A stretch of 45,952 nucleotides of DNA from a virus (lineage: Duplodnaviria; Caudoviricetes). Under the pieces are notes generated by a model that worked only from the letters and a program-made list of their open reading frames with translations, was not told the DNA's origin and did not search any database. Location: the IMG/VR virus record IMGVR_UViG_3300049139_000096, positions 1 through 45,952 of that record, one strand, 5' to 3'. The position numbers and the translations under genes were made by a program. Shown here piece by piece: positions 8,906-16,211 of this stretch (position 1 is the stretch's first letter; every line of letters begins with the position of its first letter).

Positions 8906-10190
8906 CCACGCCGCCCGCGATCACGCTACCTGGTCTGCCAGTTCCACGGAACGGAATTGGCAGTGCAGCGGGGCGTTGGCCCTCACTATCGATCTGCCGG
9001 AGAAAAACTCGGAAGCGGCCGATTGGGGGACCGTGGCACACATGATCGCCGAAACCTGCCTGCGCAAAGGCGACCAGGCCGACAGCTTCATAGGCACGAC
9101 AAGGAAGGGCAAGGTCCACTCCTTCGAAGTCGATGAAGAGATGGCCGACACTGCGCAGCAATTCGTCGACTACGTGCGGCAGACAGCAATCGCTGCCGCG
9201 CCCAACAAGAAAGCTCCTGCCGATCTCATCCAGATCGAACAGAAGTTCAGCCTCGCCGCCATGAACCCGCCTTTCGAGGCAGGGGGAACAGCGGATGCCG
9301 TGATCTACAAGCCGCTCCTGAAGGAACTCGAAGTCGTGGACCTGAAGGGCGGGCGAGGGCATGTCGTCGAAGTGAAGGGCAATCCCCAGCTGCGCACGTA
9401 TGCCCTTGGCGCGATGCTCGCGAATAGCAAGCTGGTCGTCGAAAAGGTCACGGTGACGATCGTCCAGCCGCGTGCTCCGCACAAGGACGGACGTATTAGG
9501 TCGGAAACCTTCCATGTGGCCGATCTGGCTGAGTGGACGGCCGATCTGATGGAAGCGATGAAGCGGTCAAAGGAAGCGTTCTCTGACATGGAGAAGGTGG
9601 ACTGCAACCTCATTCCGCAGGCGCTGTGGAACAAGGTGCATCTCAAAGCCGGAAGCCATTGCAAATTCTGCAAAGCGGCGGGGTTCTGCCCCGCATTGGA
9701 GCAGAAGGCTATGGACGAGGCGGCTGTCTGGTTTGACGACCAAGACCAGCCACGCATATCCAACACGCCGGACCAGATGGCTCCGGAAGTGCTGGCGCAG
9801 AAGCTCGACGCTCTCGACATGATCGAGGACTGGATCAAGGCAGTCCGTGCCCGCGCGCACGAACAGGCCGAGCAGGGCGTCGAGATCCCGAACTACATCC
9901 TGGTCCCGAAAACGGGCCGGGAGAAGTGGGCCGAAGACGCCGAGGACAAGGCGGCGGCGATCGCAAAGAAGGCCGGGCTATCGGACGAGAAGGTGTTCAA
10001 CGCACCGAAGATCCGCACGCCCAAGCAGGTTCGCGACGCCCTCGCCAAAGCCAAGGCAGACGCTGCCCTGAAGGAGATCAAGGAACTGTCCTTCACTCCG
10101 GAGAACGGGAGCAACCTCGTGAGATCGACCAAAACGATGCGCTCGGCCATTGCGCCGGCCGCTCACAAGCATTTCGACATTCTCGATTAA
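8898..10190 (+). CDS. DUF2800 Cas4-like PD-(D/E)XK exonuclease
   Basis: HATWSASSTERNWQC, GTVAH, IEQK, GGTAD, VVDLKGG, NPQLRTYALG, C-x2-C-x5-C. Confidence 0.85.
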   Translation: MADHAARDHATWSASSTERNWQCSGALALTIDLPEKNSEAADWGTVAHMIAETCLRKGDQADSFIGTTRKGKVHSFEVDEEMADTAQQFVDYVRQTAIAAAPNKKAPADLIQIEQKFSLAAMNPPFEAGGTADAVIYKPLLKELEVVDLKGGRGHVVEVKGNPQLRTYALGAMLANSKLVVEKVTVTIVQPRAPHKDGRIRSETFHVADLAEWTADLMEAMKRSKEAFSDMEKVDCNLIPQALWNKVHLKAGSHCKFCKAAGFCPALEQKAMDEAAVWFDDQDQPRISNTPDQMAPEVLAQKLDALDMIEDWIKAVRARAHEQAEQGVEIPNYILVPKTGREKWAEDAEDKAAAIAKKAGLSDEKVFNAPKIRTPKQVRDALAKAKADAALKEIKELSFTPENGSNLVRSTKTMRSAIAPAAHKHFDILD

Positions 10191-10212
10191 CAGCCACTGA
10201 AAGGAAAATATC

Positions 10213-10842
10213 ATGGCTCGTAGTGAAGACGTAAAGACCCCTTTGGCCGTTGTTGCCTTCGCGCACAACATGTTCGAACTGCAGGAACGCAAAGGTGGCA
10301 AAAAGGGCTTCGGCTGCTCGCTGTTGTTCAAGAAAGGCGCGGACATATCCGTGCTGGAAGCAGCTGCGCTTGAGGCCGCCAAGGAAGAATGGGGCGACAA
10401 GGCCGTCCAGATGATTAAGGACGAGATCATCAAGACCCCGTTCCTGGATGGCGACGGCAAGCAGGGCAAGAACAAGGAAACTGGCGAGCCGCACAAAGGC
10501 TTTCCCGGCCATCGCTTCATTCGCTGCGTGTCTGGCCCCGACTTCAAGCCGAAGGTTTGGGACAAGAAGCGCAACGCGATCTTCGACAAGGCCGAATGCC
10601 CATCCGGCAGCCAAGGCTACGGCGTCGTGAACGCCTTCACCTGGACGAACGACGAGGGCGGCAAGGGCATTTCTTTCGGCATCAGCCACTTCCAGGTAGC
10701 GAAGAAGGCCGAAGGCGAAGAGGTTCTTGGCGGCGGTGGCGGCGGGCCGGATCCGGACAAGTTCTTCGAGAAGATCGAAGACGAGGGCGACGCTCCCGAT
10801 CAGACGAAGGGCGGCGCAGGCGCTGCCGGTCTTTTCGGCTAA
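10213..10842 (+). CDS. DUF2815/gp2.5-like ssDNA-binding protein
   Basis: Synteny after DUF2800; PFLDGD, GKGISFGI..FQ motif, acidic C-terminus. Confidence 0.8.
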   Translation: MARSEDVKTPLAVVAFAHNMFELQERKGGKKGFGCSLLFKKGADISVLEAAALEAAKEEWGDKAVQMIKDEIIKTPFLDGDGKQGKNKETGEPHKGFPGHRFIRCVSGPDFKPKVWDKKRNAIFDKAECPSGSQGYGVVNAFTWTNDEGGKGISFGISHFQVAKKAEGEEVLGGGGGGPDPDKFFEKIEDEGDAPDQTKGGAGAAGLFG

Positions 10843-10915
10843 CTGTTGTAGGTTATGACGACCGACATCGCCCAACACCGGGCGGTGTCCAACCCCTAAA
10901 CCAAGGAACACCGAC

Positions 10916-11224
10916 ATGAAATCCGAATACGCAAACAACTCCCTCGGCGGCTTTGACCGCCTCTCAAACGTCCAAGACCCCGCACCGCCGCAGTCGGCGA
11001 TCGACTACGCTCATGAAGTTCTGGAGAGCGCCCGCGAACTCGCCAATCGTATTGAGGCACTACAAGACCGACTGCTCGGTCCGTCTCCAACAGAGGCGTC
11101 GGCAGGCGGCATTTTGAAGGCTCCGGAAGGTGTTCTTCCGACCCTCGAAGAACACGCCCGCGCTGTCAGCATTCGCATCACTCAGGCCGTCTACTCGATG
11201 GGCTGCACCGAAAGGGCGCTATGA
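10916..11224 (+). CDS. hypothetical protein
   Basis: Preceded by AAGGAACACCGAC-ATG. Confidence 0.65.
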   Translation: MKSEYANNSLGGFDRLSNVQDPAPPQSAIDYAHEVLESARELANRIEALQDRLLGPSPTEASAGGILKAPEGVLPTLEEHARAVSIRITQAVYSMGCTERAL

Positions 11225-11463
11225 TGGCTGACCGCACCATTCAAGAGCGCGTCATTGACGTGTTGAAGGAGCAGACCAGCGTCGTCAGCATCGATCCGAC
11301 GTTCACCTTCCGGGGCGATCTCAACTTCGACAGTCTGGATATCGTCGAGACTACGCTGATGGTCGAAGAAGAGTTCGGCTTCCAGATCGACGAAGAAGAT
11401 GTCGGCAAGTTCGACACTGTCGGCCAGCTGGTCGTCTACATGGAGGGCCGGATCAATGGCTGA
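11221..11463 (+). CDS. acpP: acyl carrier protein
   Basis: DLNFDSLDIVE...EEEFGFQI.EE....FDTVGQLV: acidic ~80 aa ACP with the phosphopantetheine Ser in DSL. Confidence 0.9.
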   Translation: MMADRTIQERVIDVLKEQTSVVSIDPTFTFRGDLNFDSLDIVETTLMVEEEFGFQIDEEDVGKFDTVGQLVVYMEGRING

Positions 11464-11710
11464 TCTCAACGGTGGCGATAACGCCCACGCAGTCGCAGTC
11501 AATCAACTTCGGACCTTCGTCGAGCGCATCGAGCGCTTGGAAGAAGAGAAGGCAACACTCGCTGAGGACATCGCAAAAGTGAAGAAGGAGGCGAAAGCCG
11601 CCGGCTTCGACAGCAAGGCCCTGTCTGTCGCCTTGTCGCTTCGCAAGAAGGACGAGGGCACGCTGCAGGTCATCAAGACCTATGCGGATGCACTCGGGAT
11701 CTTCGGCTGA
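11456..11710 (+). CDS. gapR: DUF2312/GapR-like DNA-binding protein
   Basis: QLRTFVERIERLEEEKATLAEDI..VKKEAKAAGFD.KAL...LRKKD; GGAGG RBS. Confidence 0.9.
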   Translation: MADLNGGDNAHAVAVNQLRTFVERIERLEEEKATLAEDIAKVKKEAKAAGFDSKALSVALSLRKKDEGTLQVIKTYADALGIFG

Positions 11711-11925
11711 TGCCTACGCTCGACCAAGCACTGCAGGAGGCCGGCAAGTCCGGCCTTCGCGCCCTCACCGTATGGAAGCTACCGGACGGTCGCTGGCAGG
11801 CCAATACGTCGCCGGACGGCCAGGCCTGGACCTGCGTCACGGACGCCGATCTGGTCGCCGCCGTGAAGGGCGCGCTGGGCGTGAAGCCTGCGGCGGCCGC
11901 ACCGACAGGGAGCATCTTCGAATGA
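11710..11925 (+). CDS. hypothetical protein
   Basis: TGATG and ATGA coupling on either side. Confidence 0.6.
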   Translation: MPTLDQALQEAGKSGLRALTVWKLPDGRWQANTSPDGQAWTCVTDADLVAAVKGALGVKPAAAAPTGSIFE

Positions 11926-12920
11926 TCGATATCTATCAGGGCGACTGCCGGGATGTCCTGGCGATGATGCCTTCGGCATCCGTAAATTGCATCGTTACAA
12001 GCCCGCCGTATTTCGGCCTCCGCGACTACGGCGTCGACGGCCAGATCGGGCTTGAAGAAACACCGGATGGTTTCGTAGCAGAGATGACGGCGGTGTTTCG
12101 AGAGGCGCGGCGGGTACTGCGTGACGACGGGACGTTATGGCTTAATCTTGGCGACAGCTACGCCGGCAGTTGGGGCGCGCAGGGTCACAGAGAAAGCAGC
12201 ACCAATGACCAGCGCGTTAGTCGACACCAGATCTCCAACCACCCAAAGCGCGCGACACGCACCGGCGCTATACGTCAAGAAGGCCTGAAACCGAAAGATT
12301 TGATTGGCATTCCTTGGCGGGTCGCTTTCGCGCTCCAGGCCGACGGCTGGTATTTGCGCCAGGACATTATTTGGCACAAGCCGAACCCAATGCCGGAAAG
12401 CGTACAGGATCGCTGCACCAAAGCGCACGAATACATCTTTCTGTTCTCAAAGTCGCCGAAATATTACTTCGACACTGAGGCAATCAAGGAGCCGGCCGTG
12501 ACCAGCGAACAGGATCTGAAGCGCGCTAAAATTACGGGCAGGGGCACGCAATCCTCGTCATCGGCTTACCTCGGAGGGGCGCAACGCGATAAGTCCGGGG
12601 GTTTCCCACAAGCAGATCTCGCTAACCCTGTGCGCAACCGCCGATCTGTCTGGACTGTATCGACGAAGCCATTCAAGGAAGCGCACTTCGCGACCTTCCC
12701 GCCTGATCTTATCGAACCCTGCGTGCTTGCTGGTTGCCCCGCCGGCGGGACGGTGCTGGACCCCTTCTTCGGCGCCGGCACAACCGCGCTTGTCGCGGCG
12801 CGCACCGGACGAAACGCCGTCGGAATAGAACTAAGCCAGGACTACATCGACATCGCCAAGCGCCGCCTCGGCCTGTCCTCGATGTCTGAAATGACGAACG
12901 ACAAAGGGATATTCGGATGA
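11922..12920 (+). CDS. beta-class N4-cytosine/N6-adenine DNA methyltransferase
   Basis: IYQGDC, VTSPPY (motif IV) precedes VLDPFFGAGTT (motif I); no cognate endonuclease adjacent. Confidence 0.92.
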   Translation: MIDIYQGDCRDVLAMMPSASVNCIVTSPPYFGLRDYGVDGQIGLEETPDGFVAEMTAVFREARRVLRDDGTLWLNLGDSYAGSWGAQGHRESSTNDQRVSRHQISNHPKRATRTGAIRQEGLKPKDLIGIPWRVAFALQADGWYLRQDIIWHKPNPMPESVQDRCTKAHEYIFLFSKSPKYYFDTEAIKEPAVTSEQDLKRAKITGRGTQSSSSAYLGGAQRDKSGGFPQADLANPVRNRRSVWTVSTKPFKEAHFATFPPDLIEPCVLAGCPAGGTVLDPFFGAGTTALVAARTGRNAVGIELSQDYIDIAKRRLGLSSMSEMTNDKGIFG

Positions 12921-13009
12921 CGTTTTTCCGCGGACTGCTTATCGCCCTTCCCGCCAGCATCGCCATATGGTGCGCGCTCGGCTTCCTCGCTTGGCTGGTA
13001 GTGTCATGA
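12917..13009 (+). CDS. 30-aa membrane peptide (not in the ORF track)
   Basis: MTFFRGLLIALPASIAIWCALGFLAWLVVS*; ATGA overlaps with both the MTase and the polymerase. Confidence 0.6.
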   Translation: MTFFRGLLIALPASIAIWCALGFLAWLVVS

Positions 13010-15204
13010 GGGCCAGCGTCGACTTTGAAACCCGCAGCCCCGTCGATCTGAAGAAGCACGGCGCTTTCGTCTATTTCGAGCACGAACAGACCGAAGTGCT
13101 GATGTGCGCTTACCGGATCGACGACGGCCCGCTGAAGATCTGGACATACGACCAGCCCCGCCCGGATGATCTGTGCGCTGCGATCGCCGCCGGCGCCACA
13201 ATTTCTGCTTGGAACGCAAGTTTTGAGATGTTGGGCTTCGAGTTGCTGGCCGACCGCTACGGCTGGCCGCGGCCGAAGATCGAGCAGTACGTCGACACGA
13301 TGGCCGCTGCAGCCGCCATGTCGCGGCCTCGCGCCCTTGGCGACGCCGCGCAGGCTCTCGGCCTGGACGTCCAGAAAGACAAAGAGGGAATGCGGCTTAT
13401 CCGCAAGTTCTCCATCCCGAAGCGCGACGGCACGTTCCACGAAACAGCAGGGCCGGATTGGGAGGCCTTCAAGGACTACTGCAAGCGCGACGTGGAAGTC
13501 GAAGAGGCCATCGCCAAGCGGATCGTCCCGCTGTCCGACGCCGAACAGGCCCTCTGGACGCTAAACCTGAAAATCAACATCCGCGGGATCCGCATCGACC
13601 GCACTTCTGCACGCCACGCGCTGACGATCGCCGACAAGTCGAAGAAACGGCTCGACCAGGAGATGCGCAAAACCACGTCCGGCTTCGTGCCAGCGTGCTC
13701 GCAGCCCGGCAAGCTCGTCGCATGGGTACAGGAGCAAGGCATCGATCTGACGTCCGCGGCAAAGGCCGAAATCACTGATCTGCTCGCCTTCGACGATCTC
13801 CCCGACGATGTCCGCACGGCGCTGGAGATCCGCCAGGAAGCCGCCAAGACGTCCGTCTCGAAGCTGTCGGCAATGCTGGACCGCGCCAATGCCGACGGGC
13901 GCGTGCGGGGCACGTCGATGTACCACGGCGCAGGTACGGGCCGGTTCCAATCCCAAGGCGTTAATTTTTCAAATCTTCCGAGGCCAAGACGGGCATTCGA
14001 AGACGAGCATCCCCGCCTGGACGTCCTGTTTAACGCTTTCCGTCGAGAGGATCCGGAGTGGCTGAAATTCCTCTACGGCGACGATCTCGGCAAGCCGCTG
14101 CATCTGATCTCCGACGCGATCCGCGGCTTCCTGTGGGCAGGACCCGGCAAGGAATATGTGCAGGCCGACTATTCGGGCATCGAGGGCGCCGTGATCGCCT
14201 GGCTATCCGGCGAGGAATGGAAGCTGAAAGTGATGTTCGGCATCATCGCCGATCCGTCCATCCCGGACCTGTATCGGCAGACTGCCGCGTCCATCCTGAA
14301 CCTGCCGCTGGAAACCGTCACGAAGAAGCATTGGGCGCGCCAGTCGGTCGGCAAGGTGTCGGAGCTCGCGCTGGGCTTTGCCGGCGGTGTGGCGGCCTTC
14401 TACTCCATGTCCCGGAACTACGGCGTAGATCTGAACGGCCTCTATGCTCCCGTTTGGGAGGCTTCCAGCGAGGAGCGCCGCGCGAAGGCTGTGAAGCGCT
14501 ACGAAAGCTGCCTGAAGCGTAAGGAGCACACGACGGAGGTTCTGTCGCGCGAAGCGTGGATCGCCTGCGAGATCATCAAGGTTGGCTGGCGCGTCGCCAA
14601 TCCGGCGATCGCACAGTCATGGGCCGATCTCGAGGACGCGATCCGGCAGGCCATCCAGGAACCCGGCACGATCGCCAAGGCCGCCAAGGTCCAGTACCTC
14701 GTTTCCAACGGCTTCCTGTGGGCTCGCCTGCCGTCCGGCCGCTGCCTCGCATACGGCTCGCCGCGGCTGAAGGACCAGGTGTGGGCCAAGCGCAAGATCG
14801 ACGGCGAGTGGGCTGAAGCCGAGGTCATGGATCGCGATCTGGCCGAGAAGCTGGAGCGGAAAGGCGAATGCCAGATCCAGGGACCGACGAAGCAGAAGGT
14901 CACGGCGCTTGGCGTCAACTCCGTCACCCGCAAATGGGAGCGGTTCGCCCTGTACGGCGGCCTCGCTCAGGAGAACAATACCCAAGGGACGGCGAGGGAT
15001 CTGCTCGTCAACGGGATGTGGGCGGCCGAGCGTAACGGCTACGAAGTCGTTGCGACGGTCTACGATGAAATCCTGACGGAGGTGCCCCGTGGCTTTGGCG
15101 ATGTCGCCGAGTTCGAACGTCTGATCTGCGAACTGCCGGATTGGGCTGCCGGGCTTCCGTTGACCGCTTCGGGCTGGCGCGGAAAACGATACCGCAAGGA
15201 TTGA
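13006..15204 (+). CDS. family A DNA polymerase
   Basis: VDFETRS (Exo I), AWNASFE, YCKRDV, GAGTGRF, ADYSGIE (A), GKVSELALGF (B), VYDE (C). Confidence 0.95.
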   Translation: MRASVDFETRSPVDLKKHGAFVYFEHEQTEVLMCAYRIDDGPLKIWTYDQPRPDDLCAAIAAGATISAWNASFEMLGFELLADRYGWPRPKIEQYVDTMAAAAAMSRPRALGDAAQALGLDVQKDKEGMRLIRKFSIPKRDGTFHETAGPDWEAFKDYCKRDVEVEEAIAKRIVPLSDAEQALWTLNLKINIRGIRIDRTSARHALTIADKSKKRLDQEMRKTTSGFVPACSQPGKLVAWVQEQGIDLTSAAKAEITDLLAFDDLPDDVRTALEIRQEAAKTSVSKLSAMLDRANADGRVRGTSMYHGAGTGRFQSQGVNFSNLPRPRRAFEDEHPRLDVLFNAFRREDPEWLKFLYGDDLGKPLHLISDAIRGFLWAGPGKEYVQADYSGIEGAVIAWLSGEEWKLKVMFGIIADPSIPDLYRQTAASILNLPLETVTKKHWARQSVGKVSELALGFAGGVAAFYSMSRNYGVDLNGLYAPVWEASSEERRAKAVKRYESCLKRKEHTTEVLSREAWIACEIIKVGWRVANPAIAQSWADLEDAIRQAIQEPGTIAKAAKVQYLVSNGFLWARLPSGRCLAYGSPRLKDQVWAKRKIDGEWAEAEVMDRDLAEKLERKGECQIQGPTKQKVTALGVNSVTRKWERFALYGGLAQENNTQGTARDLLVNGMWAAERNGYEVVATVYDEILTEVPRGFGDVAEFERLICELPDWAAGLPLTASGWRGKRYRKD

Positions 15205-15256
15205 CACAGCACCGGATGATGCTACTCTGCAATACGTCAAACAGTTGGGTAGTATC

Positions 15257-15742
15257 ATGGTTCCTCCGATCAACCTGAAAGACATGCGTTTCGGCAGGCT
15301 TGTCGCCGTTGTTAAAGTCGGTCGACGCGGCAGCAGTGCTGTGTGGCGGCTTCGCTGCGATTGCGGGACTTCCATCGATCGACCTACCGCTTCCCTGCGT
15401 CAAGGTCATGTCACCAGCTGCGGCTGTCTGCGTTCCGAGGCGACGCGGGATAGGTCAACCCTGCACGGCCACCGCATCGGCGGAAAGACCACGCCGACCA
15501 AGCTGGCCTATGAGCGCGCGAAAAGCCTATGCTTCACTCCCAGCGCCCACGGCTACAAGAAGGTAGGCGGGGAGGGCATCGGCATGTGCGAGGAATGGAA
15601 AGACAGCTTCCAGGCGTTCCTGCGCGACATGGGCGAACGTCCGACCGGCTTCACGCTCGGTCGCAAAGACCCCGAGAAAGACTTTTCACCCGAAAATTGT
15701 GAATGGATCCCGTCACTGAGAGGAAACGGCCGTGCTCGCTAA
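15257..15742 (+). CDS. HNH-family homing-endonuclease-like protein (possibly degenerate)
   Basis: RFGRLV...CDCG...SCGC...GIGMCEEW..SFQAFLRDMGERP...TLGRKD...FSPENCEW. Confidence 0.75.
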   Translation: MVPPINLKDMRFGRLVAVVKVGRRGSSAVWRLRCDCGTSIDRPTASLRQGHVTSCGCLRSEATRDRSTLHGHRIGGKTTPTKLAYERAKSLCFTPSAHGYKKVGGEGIGMCEEWKDSFQAFLRDMGERPTGFTLGRKDPEKDFSPENCEWIPSLRGNGRAR

Positions 15743-16211
15743 ACTCACACTTGCAGCATTCCTGCTGGCAGCACCGGCTCTTGCCGACGCACCGCCCGTA
15801 GGCTTCCAGATCTACTGCCTGAAGAACGATTGTAGCCCGTCAGGCGCTTCGTCCGTTCCGTATTCGGCGAAGGTTATGGCCGACATGCAGCGCGTCACGG
15901 CGGCCGTCAACGGATCGATCCGCTATCGTTCTGACAAGACGGAAGAGTGGCGCGTCAACGTCTCTGCTGGCGACTGCGAAGACTTCGCGATGACAAAGAG
16001 ATCTCGTCTTATGCGGATGGGATATCCTGCGTCTTCATTGCGGCTGGCCGTCGGTCACACCGCCAAGGGCGAGTATCATGCAGTCCTGGTCGTGAAGACT
16101 GACGAGGGCGCCTTCGTGCTCGACAACCTGACGGATCAGGTGCTGCCAGTCAGCAAGGCGAAGATTCGGATCAGCAAAATGGCTTCTGCTGATCCGAGAG
16201 TTTGGGGCTAA
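15732..16211 (+). CDS. secreted transglutaminase-like cysteine peptidase (BTLCP/LapG-like)
   Basis: Signal peptide LAKLTLAAFLLAAPALA; GDCEDFA, HAVLVV, VLDNL triad. Confidence 0.88.
   Translation: MLAKLTLAAFLLAAPALADAPPVGFQIYCLKNDCSPSGASSVPYSAKVMADMQRVTAAVNGSIRYRSDKTEEWRVNVSAGDCEDFAMTKRSRLMRMGYPASSLRLAVGHTAKGEYHAVLVVKTDEGAFVLDNLTDQVLPVSKAKIRISKMASADPRVWG

Noticed and set aside
8898-10190. Cas4 as part of a CRISPR system
   Set aside because: DUF2800-DUF2815-Pol A synteny is a standard phage replication/recombination module
11922-12920. Complete restriction-modification system
   Set aside because: No adjacent endonuclease; the PD-(D/E)XK gene at 23721 is a common unlinked phage family
5897-15204. 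Z-genome (2-aminoadenine) pathway
   Set aside because: No PurZ/adenylosuccinate-synthetase-like or DatZ-like gene is recognisable
15205-15742. Group I intron or intein in the polymerase
   Set aside because: The polymerase ORF is complete through motif C and ends GWRGKRYRKD; the HNH gene is free-standing
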